From Burkholderiales bacterium (GTDB lineage: Bacteria; Pseudomonadota; Gammaproteobacteria; Burkholderiales; Burkholderiaceae_C), in contig JAIXKN010000081.1 in NCBI GenBank assembly GCA_026932425.1, positions 9,781 through 73,780 on the forward strand: 64,000 nucleotides of DNA. Direction: 5' to 3'. The notes beneath the pieces are model-generated. The model did no database searches and was not told the origin of the DNA. It was given only the letters and a program-made list of their open reading frames with translations. The position numbers were made by a program, and so were the translations under genes. Below, piece after piece: positions 54,814 to 64,000 of the stretch (within the stretch, counting starts at the first letter, position 1; each line of letters opens with the position of its first letter).

Positions 54814-57225
54814 ATGTCTGCATCCACGCTGGCGACCGCCCTGGTCGTCCCGTTCGAACAACTGAGGATGACCGACGTCGAGGTGGTCGGCGGCAAGAAC
54901 GCCTCCCTCGGCGAGATGATCAGCCAGCTCTCCGCGAGCGGCGTGCGCGTGCCGGGTGGTTTTGCCACCACCGCGCACGCGTACCGCGAGTTCCTGCGCC
55001 AGGACGGGCTCGACGAGCGCATCGCGCGCCGGCTGCAGGCGCTGGACGTCGACGATGTGCGCGCGCTGGCCGAGGCCGGCGCCGAGATCCGCGCCTGGAT
55101 CAGCGGGACGCCGTTCCCGCCGGCGCTCGAGGACGCGATCCGCACGCATCACAGTCGCCTGGAGGCGCAGAACCCGGGCGCGAGCTTCGCGGTGCGCTCG
55201 TCGGCGACCGCCGAGGACCTGCCCGACGCCTCGTTTGCCGGGCAGCAGGAGACCTTCCTCAACGTCAGCGGCATCGAGGATGTCCTGCACCGCATCAAGG
55301 AGGTCTTCGCCTCGCTCTACAACGACCGCGCGATCAGCTATCGCGTGCACAAGGGCTTCGCGCACGCGGACGTCGCGCTCTCGGCCGGGGTGCAGCGCAT
55401 GGTGCGCTCGGACCTTGGCTCTTCGGGCGTGATGTTCACGATCGACACCGAGTCGGGCTTCCCGGACGTGGTCTTCGTCACCAGCAGCTTCGGCCTGGGC
55501 GAGATGGTCGTGCAGGGCGCGGTCAACCCCGACGAGTTCTACGTCCACAAGCCGATGCTCGAGGCGGGGCGCTTCCCGATCATCCGCCGCACGCTCGGCA
55601 GCAAGCTGCTGCGCATGGAGTTCGCCTCCGACGAAGAACGAGCGGCCAGCGGCCGGCTCGTGCGCACCGTCGACACGCCGCCCGAGCAGCGCAACCGCTA
55701 TTCGCTGCAGGACGCCGACTTGGTCGAGCTGGCGCGCTATGCGCTCGTCATCGAGAAGCACTATGGCCGCCCGATGGACATCGAGTGGGGGCGCGACGGT
55801 CAGGACGGTCGGATCTACATCCTGCAGGCGCGCCCGGAGACGGTGAAGAGCCAGGGCCGTGGCCGCGCCGAGGAGCGCTTCCGGCTCAAGGGCAACCCCC
55901 TCAAGTCGGGCACGATCCTCGCCGAAGGGCGCGCGATCGGGCAGAAGATCGGCACCGGGCGCGCCCGCCTGGTGCGCACGGTTGCCGAAATCGAGCGCGT
56001 GCAGCCCGGCGACGTGCTGGTGACCGACATGACCGACCCGAACTGGGAGCCGGTGATGAAGCGCGCTGCGGCGATCGTCACGAACCGCGGCGGCCGCACC
56101 TGCCACGCGGCGATCATCGCGCGCGAGCTCGGCATCCCCGCGGTCGTCGGCTGCGGGGACGCCACCGAGCGCATCCCGGAGGGCTCGCTGGTCACCGTCG
56201 CCTGTTCCGAGGGCGACACCGGCTACATCTTCGACGGCCTGCTCGAGACCGAGGTCGCCCAGGTGCAGCGCGGCGAGATGCCGTACTGCCCGATCAAGAT
56301 CATGATGAACGTCGGCAACCCGCAGCTGGCCTTCGAGTTCGCGCAGATGCCCAGCGCCGGCGTCGGGCTTGCGCGGCTCGAGTTCATCATCAACAACGCG
56401 ATCGGCGTGCACCCCAAGGCGGTGCTCGACTATCCGAACATCGACGCCGAACTGAAGAAGGCGGTCGAGTCGGTGGCGCGCGGCCACGCAAGCCCGCGCG
56501 CCTTCTACGTGGACAAGCTTGCCGAAGGGGTGGCGACGATCGCCGCGGCCTTCTGGCCGCGCCCGGTGATCGTGCGCCTGTCGGACTTCAAGAGCAACGA
56601 GTACCGCAAGCTGATCGGCGGCACGCGCTACGAGCCCGACGAGGAGAACCCGATGCTGGGCTTCCGCGGCGCCAGCCGCTACATCAGCGGCGACTTCAGC
56701 GACGCCTTCGCGATGGAGTGCGAGGCCCTGAAGCGGGTGCGCAGCGACATGGGGCTCACCAACGTCGAGATCATGGTTCCCTTCGTGCGCACCGTGCGCC
56801 AGGCCGAGCAGGTCGTGCAGCTGCTCGCCGAGCGCGGCCTGCGGCGTGGCGTCGACGACCTCAGGCTGATCATGATGTGCGAGGTGCCGAGCAATGCGAT
56901 CCTCGCCGAGCAGTTCCTGCAGCACTTCGACGGCATGTCGATCGGCTCCAACGACCTGACGCAGCTCACGCTGGGCCTGGACCGCGACAGCGGCCTCGAG
57001 GCGCTGGCCGAGGACTTCGACGAGCGCGACCCTGCGGTCAAGGCCTTGATCAGCCGCGCGATCACCGCTTGCCGCGCCACCGGCAAGTACGTGGGCATCT
57101 GCGGCCAGGGGCCGAGCGACCACCCGGACTTCGCCGACTGGCTCGCCGCCGAGGGCATCGTCTCGATCTCGCTGAACCCCGACACCGTGATCGAGACCTG
57201 GCTGCGCCTGGCCGCGCAGCGCTGA
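54814..57225 (+). CDS. ppsA: Phosphoenolpyruvate synthase
   Basis: [32 protein letters not shown] and SIGSNDLTQ. Confidence 0.98.
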   Translation: MSASTLATALVVPFEQLRMTDVEVVGGKNASLGEMISQLSASGVRVPGGFATTAHAYREFLRQDGLDERIARRLQALDVDDVRALAEAGAEIRAWISGTPFPPALEDAIRTHHSRLEAQNPGASFAVRSSATAEDLPDASFAGQQETFLNVSGIEDVLHRIKEVFASLYNDRAISYRVHKGFAHADVALSAGVQRMVRSDLGSSGVMFTIDTESGFPDVVFVTSSFGLGEMVVQGAVNPDEFYVHKPMLEAGRFPIIRRTLGSKLLRMEFASDEERAASGRLVRTVDTPPEQRNRYSLQDADLVELARYALVIEKHYGRPMDIEWGRDGQDGRIYILQARPETVKSQGRGRAEERFRLKGNPLKSGTILAEGRAIGQKIGTGRARLVRTVAEIERVQPGDVLVTDMTDPNWEPVMKRAAAIVTNRGGRTCHAAIIARELGIPAVVGCGDATERIPEGSLVTVACSEGDTGYIFDGLLETEVAQVQRGEMPYCPIKIMMNVGNPQLAFEFAQMPSAGVGLARLEFIINNAIGVHPKAVLDYPNIDAELKKAVESVARGHASPRAFYVDKLAEGVATIAAAFWPRPVIVRLSDFKSNEYRKLIGGTRYEPDEENPMLGFRGASRYISGDFSDAFAMECEALKRVRSDMGLTNVEIMVPFVRTVRQAEQVVQLLAERGLRRGVDDLRLIMMCEVPSNAILAEQFLQHFDGMSIGSNDLTQLTLGLDRDSGLEALAEDFDERDPAVKALISRAITACRATGKYVGICGQGPSDHPDFADWLAAEGIVSISLNPDTVIETWLRLAAQR

Positions 57226-57283
57226 GGGGCGCGCGACGAGCCGGGCACGCACGCTCGACACAGAGGGGCGTGCGGGCGTCGTA

Positions 57284-57371
57284 TATAATTATCGGCTTTT
57301 CCCTTGCCGCACCCGCCGAGATCGACGCCTGCGGGGCGGCTTCCTGCCACAGGAATCCACGAGGAGTATTC
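57284..57371 (+). promoter_or_regulatory. rpsF promoter (-10 TATAAT) and S6:S18 autoregulatory leader
   Basis: TATAAT at 57284; CCTTG can pair with CGAGG of the SD; CCA precedes the SD; internal hairpins GCCGC..GCGGC and TTCCTG/CAGGAA. Confidence 0.65.
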
Positions 57372-57734
57372 ATGCGTCACTACGAGATCGTTCTCCTGAT
57401 CCATCCGGATCAGAGCGAACAGGTTCCAGGCATGCTGGAACGCTACAAGGGCCTGGTCACCGGAGCCGGCGGCAAGGTTCACCGGGTCGAGGACTGGGGT
57501 CGCCGCCAGCTGGCCTACATGATCCAGAAGCTGGCCAAGGCGCACTACCTGTGCCTGAACATCGAGTGCAGCAAGGAGACGCTGGACGAGCTCGAGACGG
57601 GCTTTCGCTTCAACGACGCGGTGCTGCGCCACCTGACCGTCAAGATGGAGAAGGCGGTCACCACGCCCTCGCCGATGATGAAGGCGGTCGAGCGTGAGGA
57701 GGCGCGCAAGGAGCGCCAGGAGGCCGCGAGCTGA
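57372..57734 (+). CDS. rpsF: 30S ribosomal protein S6
   Basis: [28 protein letters not shown] and FNDAVLRHL. Confidence 0.98.
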   Translation: MRHYEIVLLIHPDQSEQVPGMLERYKGLVTGAGGKVHRVEDWGRRQLAYMIQKLAKAHYLCLNIECSKETLDELETGFRFNDAVLRHLTVKMEKAVTTPSPMMKAVEREEARKERQEAAS

Positions 57735-57780
57735 CCTGCGTTCGCGCCGGGCGTCGCCGCGCGGCAGACCTGCTCGAACG

Positions 57781-58155
57781 ATGAACCGGCTGCTGCTGAG
57801 CGCACAGCTGGTCGAGCGGGGTCCGATGCGCTACACGCCTGCCGGGCTGCCGGCCCTGGACCTCGGCCTGCGCCACGAGTCGGAGCTCACCGAGGATGGC
57901 GTCCCGCGCAGGGTCTCGATGCAGCTGCGCGCGGTGGCCATCGGCGAAGTGACCCGGGGGCTGTCGGCGATGGCACTCGGCGAGTCGGCGGTCTTTGCCG
58001 GTTTCCTGGCCGCGGCGCGCAACGGACGTGGATTGCTGATGCACATCACGCAGGTCGAGCGCAACGGACCTGCGCCTATGCCTATCAATTCGGATTCGGA
58101 TTCGGATTCGGTTTCAAGTTTCAAGGAGATTTCTCATGGCCCCACCCCGCGGTAA
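57781..58155 (+). CDS. priB: Primosomal replication protein PriB with C-terminal extension
   Basis: [18 protein letters not shown] and GFLA; lies between rpsF and rpsR. Confidence 0.9.
   Translation: MNRLLLSAQLVERGPMRYTPAGLPALDLGLRHESELTEDGVPRRVSMQLRAVAIGEVTRGLSAMALGESAVFAGFLAAARNGRGLLMHITQVERNGPAPMPINSDSDSDSVSSFKEISHGPTPR
58088..58125 (+). repeat. Tandem repeats (ATTCGG)4 and (TTTCAAG)2
   Basis: Read directly from the sequence. Confidence 0.9.
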
Positions 58156-58426
58156 AGGACGTGGTTCCAAGGACAAGCGCCCCCGTCGCAGCTCGCAGTC
58201 GCTGCTGTTCCGGCGCAAGCGCTTCTGCCGCTTCACGGTCGCCAACGTCGAGCAGATCGACTACAAGGAGATCGACGTGCTGCGCGACTTCATCGGCGAG
58301 AACGGCAAGATCACGCCGGCGCGCCTGACCGGCACGCGCGCCTTCTACCAGCGCCAGCTCACCACGGCGATCAAGCGCGCGCGCTACCTGGCGCTGCTGC
58401 CGTACTCCGATCAACACAAGGTCTGA
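58136..58426 (+). CDS. rpsR: 30S ribosomal protein S18
   Basis: [22 protein letters not shown] and [13 protein letters not shown]. Confidence 0.98.
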   Translation: MAPPRGKGRGSKDKRPRRSSQSLLFRRKRFCRFTVANVEQIDYKEIDVLRDFIGENGKITPARLTGTRAFYQRQLTTAIKRARYLALLPYSDQHKV

Positions 58427-58439
58427 GCGGAGGCACGAC

Positions 58440-58892
58440 ATGCAAGTGATTCTTCTGGAGAAGGTCGGCAAGCTCGGAGACCTTGGCGACATCGTCAAGG
58501 TGAAAGACGGCTTCGCGCGCAACTTCCTGATCCCGCAGAAGCTCGCGCGCCGCGCGACCGAAGCAGCGATCAAGGAATTCGAGACCCGGCGTGCCGAGCT
58601 CGAGAAGGCGGCTGCCGCCAAGCTCGCGGCTGCGCAGGCGCTTGCGGCCAGGCTCGAAGGCCAGACGGTGCGCATCGCGCAGAAGGCCGGTGTCGACGGC
58701 CGCCTGTTCGGCTCGGTGACCAATGCCGACATCGCGGCGGCGCTCGCGGCGATGGGAATGGAGATCGCCAAGGCGCAGGTGCGCATGCCGCACGGTCCGC
58801 TGAAGGCGGTGGGCGAGTACCCGGTGCAGGTCGCCGCGCACACCGACGTCGTTGCCGACATCAACGTCCAGGTGGTGCCGCAGGCCGAGTAG
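58440..58892 (+). CDS. rplI: 50S ribosomal protein L9
   Basis: [21 protein letters not shown] and GRLFGSVT. Confidence 0.98.
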   Translation: MQVILLEKVGKLGDLGDIVKVKDGFARNFLIPQKLARRATEAAIKEFETRRAELEKAAAAKLAAAQALAARLEGQTVRIAQKAGVDGRLFGSVTNADIAAALAAMGMEIAKAQVRMPHGPLKAVGEYPVQVAAHTDVVADINVQVVPQAE

Positions 58893-58945
58893 GGTTGGCG
58901 CTGACGAACCGCCGCCAGACCACCACGCACCACTACGCACCACCC

Positions 58946-58978
58946 AGGGGCCGGCTTTGCCGGCCCCTTGTCGCTTCC
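58946..58978 (+). terminator. Probable terminator after rplI
   Basis: AGGGGCCGGC/GCCGGCCCCT perfect stem with a weak U tail (TGTCGCTT). Confidence 0.6.
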
Positions 58979-58995
58979 GGGACCGCCTTGTCCGT

Positions 58996-59039
58996 CTGTC
59001 CCCAGGAGCGACCCCGCCTTCTGCACAGCCTTGTCCACA
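58996..59039 (+). promoter_or_regulatory. DnaA-box-like sites upstream of dnaB
   Basis: CTGTCCCCA (58996), TTCTGCACA (59019) and TTGTCCACA (59031) compared with consensus TTWTNCACA. Confidence 0.55.
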
Positions 59040-59072
59040 GGGATGGCCCCTGCGCTGGGGCATGATTAAAGG

Positions 59073-60485
59073 ATGACGACGCTGCACGAACCCCGCGAAC
59101 CTTCGACCCCGATCCGCGACGAGGAGGTCGCCCGCCTGCGCGTTCCGCCGCATTCGGTCGAGGCCGAGCAGAGCGTGCTCGGCGGTCTGCTGCTCGACAA
59201 CCTGGCCTGGGATCGCGCCGCCGACCTGCTCGGCGAGAGTGACTTCTATCGTTACGAACACAAGCAGATCTTCGCCGCGATCGCCGCGCTCGTGAACGCG
59301 GGCAAGCCGGCCGACGTGATCACGGTCTTCGAGCAGCTGCAGGCGCTGAGCAAGGCCGATGACTGCGGAGGCCTGGCCTACCTGAACGCGCTCGCGCAGA
59401 GCGTGCCCAGTGCCGCGAACCTGCGCCGTTATGCGGAGATCGTGCGCGAGCGCGCGATCCTGCGCAAGCTGATCGCCGCGAGCGACGAGATCGCGACTTC
59501 GGCCTTCAATCCGCAGGGGCGGGCGGTGACGCAGATCCTCGACGAGGCCGAGGGGCGGATCTTCAAGATCGGCGAGGAAGGCTCGCGCCAGCGCCAGGGC
59601 ATGTTCGGCATGGACCAGCTCGTCGTCGCGCTGCTGGATCGGGTCAACGAACTGCACGACAACGGCGCCGAAGAGGTCACCGGCGTGCGCACCGGCTTCT
59701 ACGACCTCGACCGCATGACCGCCGGGCTGCAGAAGGGCGACCTGATCGTGCTCGCGGCGCGCCCTTCGATGGGCAAGACCGCGTTTGCGCTCAACATCGC
59801 CGAGCACGTCGCGGTCCAGGAGGGCCTGCCGGTGCTGGTCTTCTCGATGGAGATGGGTGCCGCGCAGCTGGCGCTGCGGATGGTGGGTTCGCTCGGCCGC
59901 ATCGACCAGTCGGGCCTGCGCACCGGGCGGCTGAGCAGCGAGGACTGGGAGCGCCTGGCAACCGCGGTCGACCGCTTGCGCAACGTGCAGCTCTTCATCG
60001 ACGAGACGCCCGCGCTGACGTCGGCCGAGCTGCGCGCGCGGGCGCGGCGCATGGCGCGACAGTTCGGGACGCTGGGCCTGATCGTCGTCGACTACCTGCA
60101 GCTGATGAGCGGCTCGGGCAGCGGCAGCGACGAAAACCGCGCCACCGAGATCGGCGAGATCAGCCGCGGGCTCAAGGCGCTGGCCAAGGAACTGCAGTGC
60201 CCGGTGATCGCGCTTTCGCAGCTCAACCGCTCGGTCGAGTCGCGCAACGACAAGCGCCCGATGATGAGCGATCTTCGCGAGTCCGGTGCGATCGAGCAGG
60301 ACGCCGACGTGATCATCTTCATCTACCGCGACGACTACTACAACAAGGACTCGAAGGAGCCCGGTGTCGCCGAGATCGTGATCGGCAAGCAGCGCAACGG
60401 CCCGGTGGGGACAATCAAGCTGAGCTTCCAGAAGCCGCTCACTCGTTTCGACAACCTCGCGCCGGGTAGTTTCGACGGCGGCTGA
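59073..60485 (+). CDS. dnaB: Replicative DNA helicase
   Basis: PPHSVEAEQSVLG, AARPSMGKT, VDYLQLM, LSQLNR, DLRESGAIEQDAD and KQRNGP. Confidence 0.98.
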   Translation: MTTLHEPREPSTPIRDEEVARLRVPPHSVEAEQSVLGGLLLDNLAWDRAADLLGESDFYRYEHKQIFAAIAALVNAGKPADVITVFEQLQALSKADDCGGLAYLNALAQSVPSAANLRRYAEIVRERAILRKLIAASDEIATSAFNPQGRAVTQILDEAEGRIFKIGEEGSRQRQGMFGMDQLVVALLDRVNELHDNGAEEVTGVRTGFYDLDRMTAGLQKGDLIVLAARPSMGKTAFALNIAEHVAVQEGLPVLVFSMEMGAAQLALRMVGSLGRIDQSGLRTGRLSSEDWERLATAVDRLRNVQLFIDETPALTSAELRARARRMARQFGTLGLIVVDYLQLMSGSGSGSDENRATEIGEISRGLKALAKELQCPVIALSQLNRSVESRNDKRPMMSDLRESGAIEQDADVIIFIYRDDYYNKDSKEPGVAEIVIGKQRNGPVGTIKLSFQKPLTRFDNLAPGSFDGG

Positions 60486-60546
60486 ATTCCGCGCGTTGGC
60501 GGGCGCTCGGCCGCGCCGGCGGCAACATCTTGACGCATCAGAGTAA

Positions 60547-60562
60547 CTGTATAAATATACAG
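60547..60562. promoter_or_regulatory. LexA (SOS) box
   Basis: CTGT-ATAAATAT-ACAG, a near-ideal CTGT-N8-ACAG site; TTGACG -35-like hexamer at 60530. Confidence 0.9.
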
Positions 60563-60563
60563 T

Positions 60564-61829
60564 ATGCATGATGCAGCTCTGCATACGACAAGGCGCCGAT
60601 CCGATTCGGGCATCGATGCGTGCTCGGATCGCGGGCAATCCGGGTACTCGCCTCGCGGCAAGCCTGAGTCCGCGGGTTTCGCGGACGGTGACCGCCTCGT
60701 CGTTCGCGGTACCAAGGGCCGCGGGACCGACTGGCGGCTGCAGTCCCGCTTCGAGTCCTTGCGCCGCGAGCCCGTGGACGACGGCTGGGGAACGCCCGGG
60801 CTGCTCGCGCCGGAAGACGCGGTCTCGGACGAGGCGCCGCTGCTGCGCACACAGGTCATCGACGAGCAGGCGCGCCGCATCGTCACGTTCAACGACTCGC
60901 CGGACATCGGGTTCGATCACTCGATCAACCCGTATCGCGGCTGCGAGCATGGCTGCGTCTATTGCTATGCCCGCCCGACGCACGGCTGGCTCGGGCTGTC
61001 GCCGGGGCTGGACTTCGAGACCCGGATCGTCGCCAAGCGCAACGCGGCCGAGCGGCTGCGCGCGACGCTGACAAGCCCAGGCTACACGCCGCGGCTGCTC
61101 AACATCGGATCGGCGACCGACGCTTACCAGCCGATCGAGCGACGCCTGCGGATCACACGTGCCGTGATCGAGGTGCTGACCGAGCACCGGCACGCGTTCT
61201 CGATCGTCACCAAATCCGCGGGCGTGGTGCGCGACATCGACCTGATCGCGTCGATGGCGGCAGAGCGCCTCGCAGCGGTCTACGTCTCGATCACGACGCT
61301 GGATCCGGCCCTTGCCCGTGCGCTCGAACCGCGGGCGTCGTCGCCGTCACGGCGCTTGCAGGCGGTGAGCCGGCTGGCCGAGGCGGGTGTGCCGGTCGGC
61401 GTCCACGTGGCGCCGCTGATCCTCTTCCTCAACGAGCCGGAGCTCGAGCGCATCCTCGACGCCGCACGCGAGGCCGGCGCGCGTGCCGCCTTTGCCACCG
61501 TGCTGCGGCTGCCCTGGGAGGTCAGCCCGCTCTTTCGGGATTGGTTGCAGCGCCACGTTCCCGAGCGCGCGGCGCGCATCATGGCGCGCGTGCGCGAGAT
61601 GCGCGGCGGGCGCGACAACGATCCGGCCTTCGGCACGCGGATGACGGGGCAGGGCGTGTGGGCGCAGCTGTTGCGACAGCGCCTGGACAAGCGCTGCGCC
61701 CGGCTCGGCTTGTCGCGAAGACGCTTCGAGCTCGACCTCTCGCAGTTCCGGCGTTCGGGGCTGTCGGGGTTGTCGAAGCAAGGGCTGCGGGCCGAACCGG
61801 TGCAGGCCGAGCTCTTCCCGCCTACTTGA
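60564..61829 (+). CDS. PA0069/Rv2578c-family radical SAM protein (SplB-like, putative DNA repair)
   Basis: [45 protein letters not shown] and LRLPWEV. Confidence 0.9.
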   Translation: MHDAALHTTRRRSDSGIDACSDRGQSGYSPRGKPESAGFADGDRLVVRGTKGRGTDWRLQSRFESLRREPVDDGWGTPGLLAPEDAVSDEAPLLRTQVIDEQARRIVTFNDSPDIGFDHSINPYRGCEHGCVYCYARPTHGWLGLSPGLDFETRIVAKRNAAERLRATLTSPGYTPRLLNIGSATDAYQPIERRLRITRAVIEVLTEHRHAFSIVTKSAGVVRDIDLIASMAAERLAAVYVSITTLDPALARALEPRASSPSRRLQAVSRLAEAGVPVGVHVAPLILFLNEPELERILDAAREAGARAAFATVLRLPWEVSPLFRDWLQRHVPERAARIMARVREMRGGRDNDPAFGTRMTGQGVWAQLLRQRLDKRCARLGLSRRRFELDLSQFRRSGLSGLSKQGLRAEPVQAELFPPT

Positions 61830-62949
61830 AGAGGTCCTTGACGCGGTCGGTCCAGCTCTTGGCGTTGGGCGAATGCTTGTCGCCGCCCTTGCGGAAAGAC
61901 TCGTCCAGCTCGCGCAGCAGCTTGCGCTGGTGTTCCGTGAGCTTGACCGGAGTCTCGACGCTGACGTGGCAATAGAGGTCGCCCGGGTAGCTCGAGCGGA
62001 TGCCCTTGATGCCCTTGCCGCGCAGGCGGAAGGTCTTGCCGTGCTGCGTGCCTTCGGGCAGGTCGATCTCGGCCTTGCCGGCCAGCGTGGGCACCTCGAT
62101 CGAGCCGCCGAGTGCGGCGGTCGTCAGGCCGACCGGCACCGAGCAGTGCAGGTCGTCGCCGTCGCGCTCGAAGACCTCGTGCGGCTTGATGCGGATCTCG
62201 ATGTAGAGGTCGCCCGGGGGGCCCCCATTCGTGCCCGGCTCCCCATTGCCCGCCGAGCGGATGCGCATGCCCTCGTTGATGCCGGCGGGGATCTTCACCT
62301 CGAGCGTCTTCTGGCGCTTGATCTTGCCCGCGCCGTTGCAGCTGGCGCAGGGCTCGGGGATGATCTTGCCGCTCCCGCGGCAGTGCGGGCAGGTCTGCTG
62401 GATGCTGAAGAAGCCCTGGCGCAGGTGCACGGCGCCACTGCCGTTGCAGCTCGGGCAGGTCTTGGCGCTGGTGCCGGGCTTGGCGCCGCTGCCCTTGCAG
62501 GTCTCGCAGTTGTCCCAGCTCGGGATGCGGATCTGTGCATCCTTGCCGCCGGCCGCCTCCTCCAGCGTGATCTCCATCGCATAGCTGAGATCGGCACCGC
62601 GGTAGATCTGCTGGCCGCCGCTGCGACGTCCACCGCCGAAGATGTCGCCGAAGATGTCGCCGAAGGCTTCGGCGAATCCGCCGAAGCCTTCGGGCCCCGG
62701 CCCGCGACCCATGCTCGGGTCCACGCCGGCGTGGCCGTACTGGTCGTAGGCGGCCCGCTTCTGCGGCTCGGAAAGGATCTCGTAGGCCTCCTTGACCTCC
62801 TTGAACTTCTCCTCGGCCTTCTTCGCCTCGTCACCCTGGTTGCGGTCCGGGTGGTACTTCATGGCCAGCTTGCGGTAGGCCTTCTTGATGTCGTCGTCGG
62901 AGGCGTTCTTCGCAACGCCGAGGACGTCGTAGTAGTCGCGCTTTGCCAT
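61822..62949 (-). CDS. dnaJ: Chaperone DnaJ
   Basis: J domain HPD, G/F region and four CxxCxGxG repeats. Confidence 0.98.
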   Translation of the reverse strand: MAKRDYYDVLGVAKNASDDDIKKAYRKLAMKYHPDRNQGDEAKKAEEKFKEVKEAYEILSEPQKRAAYDQYGHAGVDPSMGRGPGPEGFGGFAEAFGDIFGDIFGGGRRSGGQQIYRGADLSYAMEITLEEAAGGKDAQIRIPSWDNCETCKGSGAKPGTSAKTCPSCNGSGAVHLRQGFFSIQQTCPHCRGSGKIIPEPCASCNGAGKIKRQKTLEVKIPAGINEGMRIRSAGNGEPGTNGGPPGDLYIEIRIKPHEVFERDGDDLHCSVPVGLTTAALGGSIEVPTLAGKAEIDLPEGTQHGKTFRLRGKGIKGIRSSYPGDLYCHVSVETPVKLTEHQRKLLRELDESFRKGGDKHSPNAKSWTDRVKDLFK

Positions 62950-62959
62950 GATCGCTCGC

Positions 62960-63052
62960 TGTCATCCAAACGAAGCCGCCGCGTCGGGCCCCAGGCAGCG
63001 CCTGTCGCCCCGAACGCGGCGAGAAAGGTCGGCAGCCCCGACCGGGGCTGCC
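62960..63052 (-). terminator. Hairpins between dnaK and dnaJ (attenuator or stability element)
   Basis: GGCAGCCCCG/CGGGGCTGCC stem and GCCGCGT..ACGCGGC stem ending GCTTCGTTT on the - strand. Confidence 0.45.
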
Positions 63053-63059
63053 TGCGGCG

Positions 63060-64000
63060 TCACTTCTTGACTTCCTTGAACTCCGCGTCGACGACGTCGT
63101 CATCGGCCGGCCTGGACCCGCCGCCTCCCGGCCCACCCGCAGCACCTTCGGCGCTGCCGCCGGCGCCGGTTGCGCCTGCGGCAGCGGCCTGCTCGGCGTA
63201 CATCTTCTCGCCGAGCTTCTGGCTCGCGCTCATCAGCGCCTCGGTCCGGGCCTCGATCGCCGCCTTGTCGTCGCCCTTGATCGCCTCCTCGGCGTCCCTG
63301 AGCGCAGCCTCGATCTTCTCCTTCTCGGCGGCGTCGAGCTTGTCGCCATGCTCGGCCAGGCTCTTCTTCACCGAGTGCACCATCGCGTCGGCCTGGTTGC
63401 GCGCCTGCACCAGCTCGACCTTCTTGTGGTCCTCGGCGGCGTTGGCCTCGGCGTCCTTCACCATCTTCTCGATCTCGGCTTCGGAGAGGCCCGAGTTCGC
63501 CTTGATGGTGATCTTGTTCTCCTTGCCGGTGCCCTTGTCCTTGGCGCTGACGTGCAGGATGCCGTTGGCGTCGATGTCGAAGGTGACCTCGATCTGCGGC
63601 AGGCCGCGCGGCGCCGGCGGGATGCCCTCGAGGTTGAACTCGCCCAGGCTCTTGTTGCCCGCGGCCATCTCGCGCTCGCCCTGGAAGACCTTGATCGTCA
63701 CCGCCGGCTGGTTGTCGTCGGCCGTGCTGAAGACCTGGCTGAACTTGGTCGGGATCGTCGTGTTCTTCTGGATCATCTTGGTCATCACGCCGCCCAGGGT
63801 CTCGATGCCCAGCGACAGCGGCGTCACGTCCAGCAGCAGCACGTCCTTGCGTTCGCCGCCCAGCACCTGGCCCTGCACGGCCGCGCCCACCGCGACGGCC
63901 TCGTCCGGGTTCACGTCCTTGCGCGGATCCTTGCCGAAGAACTCCTTGACCTTCTCCTGCACCTTGGGCATGCGCGTCTGGCCGCCCACCAGGATCACGT
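63060..64000 (-). CDS. dnaK: Chaperone DnaK, 5' part outside the window
   Basis: [34 protein letters not shown] and [10 protein letters not shown]. Confidence 0.98.
   Translation of the reverse strand, partial: VILVGGQTRMPKVQEKVKEFFGKDPRKDVNPDEAVAVGAAVQGQVLGGERKDVLLLDVTPLSLGIETLGGVMTKMIQKNTTIPTKFSQVFSTADDNQPAVTIKVFQGEREMAAGNKSLGEFNLEGIPPAPRGLPQIEVTFDIDANGILHVSAKDKGTGKENKITIKANSGLSEAEIEKMVKDAEANAAEDHKKVELVQARNQADAMVHSVKKSLAEHGDKLDAAEKEKIEAALRDAEEAIKGDDKAAIEARTEALMSASQKLGEKMYAEQAAAAGATGAGGSAEGAAGGPGGGGSRPADDDVVDAEFKEVKK

Noticed and set aside
54762-57734. 990-aa ORF apparently fusing an unknown domain to S6
   Set aside because: Alternate frame of ppsA running into rpsF; rpsF has its own promoter, SD and ATG at 57372. 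Similar artefactual 5' extensions occur for dxr, the PRTase, yfgM, fabZ and scpB.
58136-58426. Zinc-free S18 as an alternative ribosomal paralogue
   Set aside because: The form lacking the full zinc-binding Cys set is the normal proteobacterial S18, here in its canonical operon
59073-60485. Intein in DnaB
   Set aside because: Normal length (470 aa) with contiguous helicase motifs

Overview
High-GC (roughly 70% by eye) betaproteobacterial chromosome segment. Protein sequences and gene order suggest Burkholderiales, probably the Rubrivivax/Ideonella/Methylibium-like group. It is almost entirely core genome: nitronate monooxygenase, sucA-sucB-lpdA-zapE, PP2C/DUF465/DinG, bamD/rluD, scpB-rluB, ndk-rlmN-pilW-rodZ-ispG-hisS-yfgM-bamB-der-hfq-hflXKC-hisZ-purA-PRTase, tRNA-Leu(CAG), rnr, nnr, rpsB-tsf-pyrH-frr-uppS-cdsA-dxr-rseP-bamA-skp-lpxD-fabZ-lpxA-lpxB-rnhB-TrmH family, ppsR/ppsA, rpsF-priB-rpsR-rplI-dnaB, a PA0069-family radical SAM gene with a LexA box, and dnaJ-dnaK. 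I found no mobile element, CRISPR array, prophage or defence island, and no clear new multi-gene system. The best leads are small-scale: (1) rnr has no ATG/GTG/TTG start before its conserved N-terminal motif and has an SD-preceded ATC codon that overlaps the divergent tRNA promoter; (2) RluB is greatly extended and carries a three-fold repeated [10 protein letters not shown] motif; (3) RnhB, ScpB and the radical SAM protein carry candidate beta-clamp-binding peptides; (4) the sucA leader RNA has mutually exclusive pairings; (5) DnaA-box-like sites lie before dnaB; (6) there is a Gly/Val-rich small lipoprotein; (7) PriB has a repeat-derived extension. All calls come from reading the sequence; no database searches were run.
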